From positions 14,322 to 78,321 of the forward strand of contig JANTGZ010000001.1 of NCBI GenBank assembly GCA_024762675.1: a DNA stretch of 64,000 nt, read 5' to 3'. A program made the position numbers and the translations under genes. The stretch comes from Thermodesulfobacteriota bacterium (lineage in GTDB: Bacteria > Desulfobacterota > Anaeroferrophillalia > Anaeroferrophillales > Tharpellaceae). The notes beneath the pieces were generated by a model. The model searched no databases and was not told the DNA's origin. It saw only the letters and a list, made by a program, of their open reading frames with translations. Below are positions 1 to 9,091 of this stretch, one piece after another; within the stretch, counting starts at the first letter, position 1, and every line of letters begins with the position of its first letter.

Positions 1-90
1 CTGGCCGGTGAATTTGCCGCCCACTTTGAGAAAGCTTATGGCAAGAAGGGTATTGCTGCAGAAATCGCGGATCAGTGCCCGGGTAGATAG
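1..90 (+). CDS. 3' end of an unidentified CDS (partial, C-terminal ~29 aa ...AGEFAAHFEKAYGKKGIAAEIADQCPGR*)
   Basis: Open frame running off the left edge and ending at TAG 88-90; too short to assign. Confidence 0.3.
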   Translation: MAGEFAAHFEKAYGKKGIAAEIADQCPGR

Positions 91-125
91 AGGTGAAGGA
101 TGAGGGATCCTTCATCCTTCATCCT

Positions 126-737
126 TCATCCTTTTTTTTTGCGGTGGCGCAGGATGTAGAAAATGCAGCTAAGCAGAAGGAAGGGTATGAGAATATAGAA
201 GGCTCTGTGGGAGTAGTTGCTGATCAGTTCTTGATTGTTGCCCACCAGATATCCGATAACGGCCAGAATGACAACCCAGATTCCGGCTCCCAGGCCGGTT
301 GCGAGGATGAACGGAACTAGTGGTAAGCGGGCTAGTCCGGCGGGAAAAGAGATGTATTGTCGGATGCCGGGAATCAGGCGACCGATGAAAGTGCCGAAAA
401 TCCCGTGATCACTGAAAAATTTTTCAACTCTACCAAAGGCTGCCGGGGTCAGGCCGACATAGCGGCCGTAACTAAGGAGGGCCGGACGTCCCATTTTTAA
501 AGCCAACCAATAGTTAAAGAGAGCTCCGAGAATGCTGCCCAGGATGCCGGCCGCGACGACTAAAAAGAAGTTCATCTCTCCGCGTTCGGCAAGATAGCCG
601 GCGGGCGGAATCACTACTTCACTGGGAAAAGGGAAGAACGAGCTTTCCAGAAACATCATGACGATAATACCGCTATAGCCGAATTTGCCGACTATAGCGA
701 CGATCGAAATTATTATTTTATAAAGTAACCCCTTCAC
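126..737 (-). CDS. DedA/SNARE-associated family inner-membrane protein
   Basis: 203-aa ORF with multiple TM segments and the DedA signature region (FFPFPSEVVIPPAGYL...GRLIPGIRQYISFPAGLARL). Confidence 0.8.
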   Translation of the reverse strand: MKGLLYKIIISIVAIVGKFGYSGIIVMMFLESSFFPFPSEVVIPPAGYLAERGEMNFFLVVAAGILGSILGALFNYWLALKMGRPALLSYGRYVGLTPAAFGRVEKFFSDHGIFGTFIGRLIPGIRQYISFPAGLARLPLVPFILATGLGAGIWVVILAVIGYLVGNNQELISNYSHRAFYILIPFLLLSCIFYILRHRKKKG

Positions 738-766
738 GTTCTTTAAATCACCAGTTTTTCTTTAAG

Positions 767-1603
767 TTATCCTGTCAGTGCTAGCAGAAGGGTTGTGCTG
801 CCGACTATCAGACAGTAGATGGCAAATATCTTAAGGCGCCGCTCTTCAATTATCATAAGTAAAAATTTAAGTGCCATGAGGCCGGTTACTAAGGCTGCCA
901 GGGCACCGCAGAGGCAGCTTAGTATTTGGTTGGAGGGGATTGCACTGATCTCACTGATATTCAAAAGTGCGGCTCCGCAGATCGCCGGTATCGAGAGGAT
1001 AAAAGAGAATCTGGCAGCAGTCCTGGGCTCTATCCCCAAAAGCATGCCGACGGCAATCGTCGATCCTGAGCGCGAGATTCCCGGAAGAATAGCTAACCCT
1101 TGAGTGATCCCGATAAGTAAGGCATCGGTCACTCGGGTACTTTTTTTTGTTGATTTTTCGGGTGTCTGTCTTTCTGCCAACCAGAGGAGTAGGGCGGTTA
1201 CCAGTAGCATTGCTCCGACCACATCAAGGCGGTCGAAGAGTGAGACAAAGATCTTTTTTCCGGCAAGTCCTATAACCCCAGTTGGAATAGTGGCCAAGAG
1301 CAGCATCAAGATAAATTTCCGTCGCTTTGCAGCTTGCGGGCCTGATGAGTAGATAGATTTTATCAGTAAGATCAGGTCATGCCGGAAAAAAATTATCACA
1401 GCCAGAAGGGTGGCAAGGTGGAGGAGAATCTCAAAGACAATTCCGGGTTGGTGCCAGCCTGGAAGTAGATGTTCGGCAATCACCAGGTGACCTGAACTGC
1501 TGACTGGTAGAAATTCTGTCAGTCCCTGGACAATTCCCAGAATGATTGCATTGATTAGCGACAATAGAGGTTCTCTTGGTGTGGGTGTTTTTAGGTCGCG
1601 CAC
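767..1603 (-). CDS. uppP: undecaprenyl-diphosphatase
   Basis: 278 aa, polytopic. Conserved UppP/BacA motifs (GIVQGLTEFLPVSSSGH; PGISRSGSTI). Confidence 0.85.
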   Translation of the reverse strand: MRDLKTPTPREPLLSLINAIILGIVQGLTEFLPVSSSGHLVIAEHLLPGWHQPGIVFEILLHLATLLAVIIFFRHDLILLIKSIYSSGPQAAKRRKFILMLLLATIPTGVIGLAGKKIFVSLFDRLDVVGAMLLVTALLLWLAERQTPEKSTKKSTRVTDALLIGITQGLAILPGISRSGSTIAVGMLLGIEPRTAARFSFILSIPAICGAALLNISEISAIPSNQILSCLCGALAALVTGLMALKFLLMIIEERRLKIFAIYCLIVGSTTLLLALTG

Positions 1604-2192
1604 TTGTTAGCAGAGCCGAAACCGGTTGTCAAGAGGCTGTTATAAATTTGTTAACATAATTTGAAAGTTGAAAAAATATTGTAGATTTGCAAAATTATTT
1701 TTTCTGTTTGTGAGAAATATCCTTTTTGAGAGATATTTTTCGCTTATTATTAAGGGCTTAGTTGTTAACAGTCTTGATAATCTCTGTCGTGTACTTTTCG
1801 CAATTGTCTGAAAATTATTTCAAGAAATAAGTTGACATTTGTAACCGCCTGAAAATAAAGGTTAAAATAAAATAGTACTAATTTCAGGGGGTTGCATAAA
1901 AAGTTAGTATTTTAAGTTGTTTAGATCATGGTATGGAGTTTGTTCACAGCCTTTCAGCAGGGTGTGTTCACTGGGTAAATGCAGCTTGTATCGCCTGCTC
2001 CGGAAAAATATAAAGCTGTTCTGTTTTTCAGTGATAAGTTTTTGGTGAAGTTTATTAGTTAGATTATTTATTTGATTTTACAGGATTTTTAAAGAAAGTT
2101 TTGTTAGTGGTCAATTTGTCAAGATTATAACCTGACACTACTGATTTCTGATCTGTAAAATAATTATTTGAAATTTGAGGAGGACGATAACG

Positions 2193-3026
2193 GTGAAAAA
2201 GATAGTTGCACTGATGCTTTCACCCCGGAGTTTGGGAAACTGTGAGATTCTGGTTAAAGAGATCTGTCGTCATGTGCCGGACAAACATGAGCTGTTGTTG
2301 ATTCGCCTTACCGATAAAGAGATAAAGCCCTGCAAAGCATGTTACGCCTGCCTGGTTAATGGCGTATGTCCTCTTGAAGATGATTTCACCTCAATAGCCG
2401 AAACTCTGGCATCAGCTGATGCCTTGCTGATCGCTTCTCCCACTTATTTCATGGGGGCTAATGGCATATTGAAAGTTTTTCTTGATCGTTGCCTGCAACT
2501 CTATCCAGCTCCTTTCAGTTTGCGGGGTAAGCCCGTGATCAATCTGGTGACGGCTGGTCTTATGGGAGAGGCGGGCTATAGTGAGATGATGCTCAATAGC
2601 TTCAGTTTGATTATGGGGCTTAAATTGAAAGCCTCAGAAGTTTTCTATGGAGCTTTGCCGGGTGAGATTTTTCTTGATAACGATGAGCAGTTAAAACGGG
2701 CTGCAGCTTTAGGAGATCTTCTCTTCAGTGATCATGAGCGGGATTTTGCGAGCTGGGCTTGTCCCTTATGTGGCAGTGATGTGATTCAATTACTCGGCAA
2801 GGATCGAATCCAATGTGTAGTCTGTCGAAACTACGGACAAATTAGTCAAAATGGGGAAAAAGTTGAGTTGGCGGTCGGGATAAATCCAGAAAATATTTTC
2901 TTTACAGAAGAGCAGTTTAGCCGGCATGGTATCTGGTTGCAGGATATGAAAGCCCGGTTTATGCGGCTACGTCGTAAATTGGCGGTTTTGACCGGTGCTT
3001 ATGCCAGTCAGGGAAAATGGTTTTGA
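2193..3026 (+). CDS. flavodoxin-like / NADPH-dependent FMN reductase-family flavoprotein with C-terminal Cys4 zinc-ribbon
   Basis: GGAGG RBS at ~2181 followed by GTG 2193 (the track ORF starts at an upstream TTG). N-terminal flavodoxin-like fold (LLIASPTYFMGANG). C-terminal CPLCG...CVVC zinc ribbon. Confidence 0.6.
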   Translation: MKKIVALMLSPRSLGNCEILVKEICRHVPDKHELLLIRLTDKEIKPCKACYACLVNGVCPLEDDFTSIAETLASADALLIASPTYFMGANGILKVFLDRCLQLYPAPFSLRGKPVINLVTAGLMGEAGYSEMMLNSFSLIMGLKLKASEVFYGALPGEIFLDNDEQLKRAAALGDLLFSDHERDFASWACPLCGSDVIQLLGKDRIQCVVCRNYGQISQNGEKVELAVGINPENIFFTEEQFSRHGIWLQDMKARFMRLRRKLAVLTGAYASQGKWF

Positions 3027-3030
3027 GTTG

Positions 3031-4074
3031 TCAGGAAGCTACCAGGTGCGCCATTTGGGTCGCAAGGGTTTCTTCGAAAACTTTCAGGAACGCTTCGACC
3101 GCCTGTGGGTCAAACTGGCTTCCCGAGCCATCTTTGATCTCCTGAATAGCGATTTTAAGGGATAGAGGTTTACGGTAGGAGCGTTCCGAAGTCATCGCAT
3201 CAAAGGTGTCGCAGACAGCAATTATCCTGGCCAGGTATGGGATGTTTTCTCCTTTCAGACCGTTGGGGTAACCGTTGCCGTCAAACCATTCATGGTGGCC
3301 TTCTATAATCGGCAGGAGATGGCCAAGAAAGTCGAGTGGCTCTAGGATTTTTACCCCTTTGTGGGGGTGGGTTTTAATGGTTTCGTATTCGACCACATTA
3401 AGTTTACCGGGTTTGTTAAGGAGTTGTTCTGAAATTCCGATTTTGCCGATGTCGTGGAGCTGGGCTGCATAGAGCAGGTCCAGTCGTTCATTTTCCTGCA
3501 AATTGAGAACGTCAGCCATCAGAGCCGAGTATTCTGCGACCCGTTTTGAGTGTCCTTGAGTGTAACGGTCTTTTTCTTCGATCGCCAGAATGAAGGAGCT
3601 GACGGTTTGGACAACCCGGTTGTGCAGGGCTTGAGTGGCCTCTTCAATTCTCTCTTCCAAAGTGTTTTGGTAGGCGATTTTATCCTCTTGGAGCTGGCGG
3701 AATTCCAGAGATCGGTTCAATAAAAGTAAAAGTTCTTTGACCCGGAACGGTTTGGTCATGTAGTCAAAAGCTCCAAGGCGTATATGGTCAAGAGCCATGT
3801 CAAGTTGTGCAAATCCGGTGAGGATGATGATTGGAATTAGAGGGTAATGCTTGGTTCCGTGGGCGATAACCTGGTCTCCTGAAACCTTTGGCATCTTGAG
3901 GTCGCAGATGACCGCGTCGATAGTGTCGTGGTGACGATCCAGCAGGCCAATCGCTTCATCGCCGTCACAGGCTGTAAGGTGTGCGAAATCCATACTCTCC
4001 AGGGTTTCGGAAAGGATCTCGCGAATATCTTCTTCGTCATCGACGATGAGGATTAATTTTTTGTCATTTAGCAT
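3031..4074 (-). CDS. response regulator with HD-GYP domain (c-di-GMP phosphodiesterase)
   Basis: N-terminal CheY-like receiver (LIVDDEEDIRE...DLKMPKVSG). C-terminal HD-GYP (HDIGKIGI...HHEWFDGNGYP). Confidence 0.85.
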   Translation of the reverse strand: MLNDKKLILIVDDEEDIREILSETLESMDFAHLTACDGDEAIGLLDRHHDTIDAVICDLKMPKVSGDQVIAHGTKHYPLIPIIILTGFAQLDMALDHIRLGAFDYMTKPFRVKELLLLLNRSLEFRQLQEDKIAYQNTLEERIEEATQALHNRVVQTVSSFILAIEEKDRYTQGHSKRVAEYSALMADVLNLQENERLDLLYAAQLHDIGKIGISEQLLNKPGKLNVVEYETIKTHPHKGVKILEPLDFLGHLLPIIEGHHEWFDGNGYPNGLKGENIPYLARIIAVCDTFDAMTSERSYRKPLSLKIAIQEIKDGSGSQFDPQAVEAFLKVFEETLATQMAHLVAS

Positions 4075-4350
4075 AGAGGTCTCTTCCGGCCTTCAGATGA
4101 TCTTTGTTGTTCACGGGAGGAGAATTGCCGTTTACAGGGTTGTGATTATCTTCGTTTTTGACTAGAGCTTTATCTTTTCACTTTTATTGATTGTTTCAAT
4201 TTTTGTCAAGTCGTTATCCCTTGCGATCATCCATTTCGTTGGTGGCTGCGGCTTCCTATGTGTTCTCTTTTTTAGATCGGGTGAGGAGAAGGCTTTGCTT
4301 TCCGTGTTGCCGGGTCAGGAGGGTTTGTTTTGGTAGTACCGAGCTCCGTA

Positions 4351-4815
4351 ATGTCAGCGCAAAAATTGGCTTTGCTGCTGGCTGATTTTCAGAAAAGTGG
4401 TAAAAAAATTGTCTTCACGAATGGCTGCTTTGACTTGTTGCATCCTGGTCATGCAAGTTATCTGGCAACGGCGCGCGAGCTTGGTGATCTCCTTGTCGTG
4501 GGTGTCAACTCTGATGCTTCCGTGCGTAGGCTTAAAGGAAAAGAACGTCCGATTATGCCCGAAGAGGCTCGTGCTCAACTGCTTGCAGCTCTCTCCAGTG
4601 TAGATTATGTAACCGTTTTTGACGAAGATGATCCTTATCAACTGATTAGTTTGTTGCGGCCGGATATCCTAGTCAAAGGTGGTGATTGGGATACCAGTTT
4701 AATTGTTGGTCGTGACCTTGTCGAAGCTCGAGGCGGTAAGGTTTACTCTCTCTCTTTTGTTGATGAGTACTCTACAACCTCTATTGTCGAGGAGATCATT
4801 CGTCGTTATAGCTGA
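4351..4815 (+). CDS. D-glycero-beta-D-manno-heptose 1-phosphate adenylyltransferase-like cytidylyltransferase (HldE/RfaE domain II-like)
   Basis: Nucleotidyltransferase motif FTNGCFDLLHPGHASYL, about 155 aa; start taken at ATG 4351. Confidence 0.7.
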   Translation: MSAQKLALLLADFQKSGKKIVFTNGCFDLLHPGHASYLATARELGDLLVVGVNSDASVRRLKGKERPIMPEEARAQLLAALSSVDYVTVFDEDDPYQLISLLRPDILVKGGDWDTSLIVGRDLVEARGGKVYSLSFVDEYSTTSIVEEIIRRYS

Positions 4816-4860
4816 TAGTCGGGCATCTGTTATGGCCGGCCCGGCAATCTAAAACGTGGG

Positions 4861-6045
4861 CTAATGTGAAGTTGGGAACAGGTAGTCCGCAGTATCAAGA
4901 TTGTTGCAGGGGGTTAAAATTATGTCCTGCCAACCCTTTTGGCGGGCACTTTGGATGGTCTTTTGCAAGGTTGCAATTGATTTCAATTTTTGTTTGCGAG
5001 AAACCCTTTGATCCGGGGTTTCAAATTTGAAAATTATCCTCTCTTTTTCGTCTGAGACTCCGTTCTCAAAGATCTTAAGCATGGTTGATGAGAGCTCTTC
5101 TAAAGGCAGCTTTAATTCTCTTCTGATTCTTTCCTGATAAGCCATAACCATCAAGTAGTCAGCCTTTGATGTTGCTAATGACTCTTTGGTACAGGCAAAC
5201 CAGTTTCGTCCCCAATCAGCATTGTAAAGAAGTTCGTAATGGATATTCTGAGCGCAGATAAGATCCGGTTTCAAGGAGCGGCAAGTCGTAAAAATTTCAT
5301 TGGCAAGGTGCTGGAGTTTTAAAGCCTGCTGTTGTCGCCAACTGTAAAAAGGGGCTTTGTAGGCGGTGATTTCAGTATGAGGTCTGCCGGTAATTCGATA
5401 GATATTTTTCGGATCTGGAAAGATAGTGTTGTTTACCAGCTCAAAACCCTGGTTGTGCCTGAGGATCAGGTCATCTTGCAGGAGAATACCGTCAATCGGA
5501 TAAGTTGCAAGATCTTTATATAGTTGTTTGAGAAAAACTATATTTTCCTGAGCTTGAGGATCAAGAAGGTTGTTTTCTCGACTGATCTTGCCCTGGTTTT
5601 CATCAAAGCTTAAAACTTGCGGTCTTAAACTACGGTCGTAGTTGGCCTTCAAAGTTGTCATCCAGGCGAAAATCTTTAGTCCGGCCCGGTGTGCGCTCTT
5701 GCAGGCCGGGGTCAAAATGTCGGAGATTACCGGGGCTTGGTCGGTGTCAAAATAGACTCCCTCCAGGCCTTGTTTGCGGGCTGACTTTTTTACAAGATTA
5801 TGGAAACGATCGCCATGGTTATGAAAGACCCTCAGAATGACGGTATTGTAACCAAGTTTTTTGAGTGTGTGAAAGTAGTCCTCACAGATACTCCAATTTT
5901 CGCCTTCAAGTACTGATATCTGAGCCCCAATCAAAGGTTTACGGGGTTCTGTCATGGCATCAGAGCAGGGGGTGAAGGTAAATAATGTAAATACTATGGT
6001 GATGATGATTGAGATAAGGTTTCTAAGCATAAGGAGACTTGCCAA
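4861..6045 (-). CDS. secreted glycoside-hydrolase-like (GH-like TIM-barrel, PgaB C-terminal-like/DUF4015-like) protein
   Basis: Signal peptide MLRNLISIIITIVFTLFTF. Motifs GYNTVILRVF...KIFAWMTTL resemble GH-like family proteins. Family assignment not certain. Confidence 0.45.
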   Translation of the reverse strand: MASLLMLRNLISIIITIVFTLFTFTPCSDAMTEPRKPLIGAQISVLEGENWSICEDYFHTLKKLGYNTVILRVFHNHGDRFHNLVKKSARKQGLEGVYFDTDQAPVISDILTPACKSAHRAGLKIFAWMTTLKANYDRSLRPQVLSFDENQGKISRENNLLDPQAQENIVFLKQLYKDLATYPIDGILLQDDLILRHNQGFELVNNTIFPDPKNIYRITGRPHTEITAYKAPFYSWRQQQALKLQHLANEIFTTCRSLKPDLICAQNIHYELLYNADWGRNWFACTKESLATSKADYLMVMAYQERIRRELKLPLEELSSTMLKIFENGVSDEKERIIFKFETPDQRVSRKQKLKSIATLQKTIQSARQKGWQDIILTPCNNLDTADYLFPTSH

Positions 6046-6054
6046 TGAAGTTTG

Positions 6055-6150
6055 AGTGCCTTGCAGGTTATTTTATGCACAAAAAAACAAGATTTAATAT
6101 TCAGAAAATGTTCTGATCGGAAGTTGTTACTTGCAAAATCCTGGCCGGAT
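6055..6150. repeat. degenerate copy (C) of a ~110-bp intergenic repeat family (agtgccttgcagg...aaatgttctgat...acttgc...gccggat)
   Basis: Shares 5' block agtgccttgcagg and internal aaatgttctgat/acttgc with the copies at 8986-9091 and 52494-52613. The central palindrome is lost. Confidence 0.45.
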
Positions 6151-6193
6151 AGTATTGGAGATTCGTAATTTTTTTGTTTCCGGTTATGCTGGG

Positions 6194-7588
6194 TCAGGAG
6201 AATAGTTCTGTAGTGAGTTCCTGCAAGGTGGATATCTCTTTTAGGCGATGATTCCCGGCTGTTTTTGAAGAGAGGTTGCCTTGCGGTACAATGATCTTTT
6301 TGAAACCGAATTTCAGGGCTTCGCTTAAACGTTGATCGATCATGTTTACGCGCCTGATCTCTCCGGTCAATCCAACTTCTCCGATAACTAATGTCGTTGT
6401 CGCTATAACCTGATCCAGGTGACTTGAAAGGATGGCGGCGATCAGGGCCAGGTCGATGGCGGGTTCTATAACCTTCAAACCACCGACGATGTTAAGGAAA
6501 ATATCTTTATTGCTGAAGCTAAGGCGCAGGCGTTTCTCCATTATAGCAATCATTAATGCGGCACGGTTACGGTCAATACCTAGGGTTGTGCGCCGCGGAA
6601 TCCCGCCGGAGACGGCAGTACTGACCAGGGCCTGAATTTCGGTCAGGATCGGTCGTGAGCCTTCAATTGTGGCACTGACCAGGGAGCCCGCCAGGTTTTG
6701 TGGTCGTTCATTGAGAAAGATACTGGAGGGGCTGTCGACTCCGACAAGCCCGCTACCGGTCATCTCAAAGACGCCGATTTCATTGGTCGAGCCAAAGCGG
6801 TTTTTGACGGCCCGGAGAATGCGGAAAGGGTATTGGGTATCGGATTCGAAATAGAGAACCGTATCGACCATATGTTCAAGAAGTTTGGGCCCAGCGATAG
6901 CTCCATCTTTAGTGACATGACCAATGATAAAGATCGGTGTATTTGTCAGTTTGGCGATCTTGACCAGGTGGGCCGCAGTCTGTCTGATCTGGCTGGTTGT
7001 ACCGGGAGGAGATTTGATCTCTGGGCTGTGGCAGGTCTGGATTGAGTCGATAACCAGAGCTTTTGGTTTGAGCCGGCGAAAATGATTTATAATCTCCTCA
7101 ATACCCGAGGCGGCCAGGAAGTAGAGATGTTCATTATTGATACCCATGCGTCGGCTGCGCATCTTGCTTTGTCCCGGAGACTCTTCGCCGGATACGTAGA
7201 GTGTAATCTGTTCAGGTGTGCTTAACCGGTCGAGGATCTGGAGCAATAAGGTCGATTTGCCGATACCTGGATCACCGCCCACCAGGACGACAGAGCCGTT
7301 GACCATGCCGCCCCCTAAAACCCGGTCAAATTCACCGATGCCAGTAGTTTGGCGAGGTTGTTCACTCTCGTCAATGTCACTTATCGGGATTGGTGCCGCA
7401 ACATTTCCCAGTTCGGTGATAGCCGCAATCATCTGCGGGGTTTCATGTTCACCTGAAGCTGAGGTTTCGGGTGGGGCCTCATGCATGGTCTCCCACTCGT
7501 TGCAGCCGGGACACTTGCCCAGCCATTTAGCGCTCTGGTATCCGCATGAAGTACAGAAAAAAGAGGTTTTATTCTTCTTGGCAGCCAA
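6194..7588 (-). CDS. radA: DNA repair protein RadA/Sms
   Basis: N-terminal C4 zinc finger (CTSCGYQSAKWLGKCPGCNEW), RecA-like Walker A (GGDPGIGKSTLLLQ), C-terminal Lon-like domain. Confidence 0.92.
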   Translation of the reverse strand: MAAKKNKTSFFCTSCGYQSAKWLGKCPGCNEWETMHEAPPETSASGEHETPQMIAAITELGNVAAPIPISDIDESEQPRQTTGIGEFDRVLGGGMVNGSVVLVGGDPGIGKSTLLLQILDRLSTPEQITLYVSGEESPGQSKMRSRRMGINNEHLYFLAASGIEEIINHFRRLKPKALVIDSIQTCHSPEIKSPPGTTSQIRQTAAHLVKIAKLTNTPIFIIGHVTKDGAIAGPKLLEHMVDTVLYFESDTQYPFRILRAVKNRFGSTNEIGVFEMTGSGLVGVDSPSSIFLNERPQNLAGSLVSATIEGSRPILTEIQALVSTAVSGGIPRRTTLGIDRNRAALMIAIMEKRLRLSFSNKDIFLNIVGGLKVIEPAIDLALIAAILSSHLDQVIATTTLVIGEVGLTGEIRRVNMIDQRLSEALKFGFKKIIVPQGNLSSKTAGNHRLKEISTLQELTTELFS

Positions 7589-7740
7589 AATGGATAATTT
7601 CCTGAAAGTTAAAATTGGGATGACAAAGTAAAATGTTCAGCTGCGAGGCGCCCGAAACCTAAGGAATGAGGCGTACAGATAGTACGCCGCAGTGACGAAG
7701 GTTGAAGGGGAACGAAGTAGGTGGGCATTTTACGAAGTCA

Positions 7741-8937
7741 TCATGCCTTGCGGCGGTAATGGATGTTTAAAAGAATGCTGATTAAAACCAGTGAGGTAAG
7801 CATCGAGGTACCGCCATAACTGAAAAGAGGCAAGGGTATACCTACCACCGGCATAAGTCCTGAGACCATGCCGATATTGATGGTTACCTGCCAGAAAAAG
7901 ATGGCTGCAATACCACTTGCCAAGTAGCTGCCGAAACTGTCTCGTGCTTCCATGGCGATATTTAAAGTTCTGAAAAGAAAGGCAAAATAGAGAGCCAGCA
8001 GGATTATGGTTCCTAAGAATCCCCATTGTTCAGCGTAGGCGGCAAAAATGAAATCAGTATGTTGCTCGGGCAAGAAGTGTAGGGTGTTTTGGGTTCCCTT
8101 GAGAAAGCCTTTGCCGAAGAGTTTGCCGGCACCGATTGCTATCTTTGATTGGGTAATGTGGTAGCCGGAGCCTAAAGGATCATTTTCCGGATTGATAAAA
8201 GTCAAAATTCGCTGACGTTGATAGTCATGCAGGAAATGCCATCCGGTAAAAGCCGCAGTCATGGCGCTGATGGTGATTGTGATGATTGTTCCTCTAGTGA
8301 TACCGGCAATGAAAATCACCACTCCCGATATGAGAATGATAAGCATGGCAGTGCCCAGGTCGGGTTGCTTGAGAATCAGGATGCTGGGCAAGGCGACAAT
8401 GACAGCCGGGGTCAACAACTCTTTCAGGTTGTAGGGTGGTGGCAGACGCCGATTACTGAGGTAGCGAGCCAGAGCAAGGATGACTGTGATTTTGGCAAAC
8501 TCCGAAGGCTGTACATTCATGCCGCCAATTGAGAGCCAGCGAGTCGCTCCCATGTGCTTGCTTCCGGCTAAATCCACTGCCAGCAGTAGTAGTAACCCGA
8601 GTCCGTAGAGCGGATAGGCAGCTTGGTAAAGGTAGTTATAGTGAAAAATGAAAAGTCCACATCCGGCTATTAGAGCTATAGCGAACCAGGTAACTTGCCG
8701 GCGACAGTAAGCTGTTAACCACCCTCCGGTTTCAGGGTTGTAGGTGGCGCTGTAGATTGTGAGAAGTCCCAATGCCACCAGAAGAAAGGCCAGCCCTAAA
8801 GTCAGATAATCAAAATCATGGAGACGGTTGCGATCGAGAGGTTGCTCGGCCAAGTTATTTTTCGATAAGGAGGCGAATGCATCTGAGTTGGCATCGACAA
8901 GGGGTGAGCGGTGCGGTGTTCGTCGTAAAAAGGCCAT
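7741..8937 (-). CDS. rodA: rod shape-determining protein RodA (SEDS family peptidoglycan polymerase)
   Basis: FtsW/RodA/SpoVE family polytopic protein located immediately downstream of mrdA in the mre cluster. Confidence 0.88.
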   Translation of the reverse strand: MAFLRRTPHRSPLVDANSDAFASLSKNNLAEQPLDRNRLHDFDYLTLGLAFLLVALGLLTIYSATYNPETGGWLTAYCRRQVTWFAIALIAGCGLFIFHYNYLYQAAYPLYGLGLLLLLAVDLAGSKHMGATRWLSIGGMNVQPSEFAKITVILALARYLSNRRLPPPYNLKELLTPAVIVALPSILILKQPDLGTAMLIILISGVVIFIAGITRGTIITITISAMTAAFTGWHFLHDYQRQRILTFINPENDPLGSGYHITQSKIAIGAGKLFGKGFLKGTQNTLHFLPEQHTDFIFAAYAEQWGFLGTIILLALYFAFLFRTLNIAMEARDSFGSYLASGIAAIFFWQVTINIGMVSGLMPVVGIPLPLFSYGGTSMLTSLVLISILLNIHYRRKA

Positions 8938-8985
8938 AAATATTTAGTCGCCAGCTGATTGATTTTAATATGGAAAAGCTTTTTA

Positions 8986-9091
8986 GTACCTTGCAGGATA
9001 TTTTCTTGTTTTTTAACAAGGAAATGTTCTGATAAGAGCACTTACTTGCGGGCCGATAAAGCCCGATTTGGTTGCGGGATTGTTCCCCGCA
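8986..9091. repeat. copy A of ~110-bp intergenic palindromic repeat element (REP/MITE-like)
   Basis: Near-identical (~90%) to 52494-52613. Contains the palindrome cttgttttttaacaag and a second hairpin gcgggattgttccccgc. Sits between the mrdA stop and the rodA start. Confidence 0.7.

Noticed and set aside
1604-2192. Long AT-rich intergenic region with TTGACA-like hexamer (1834-1839); possible promoter or sRNA
   Set aside because: No convincing -10 at the right spacing, no structured element and no ORF. Cannot be supported beyond 'AT-rich promoter region'.
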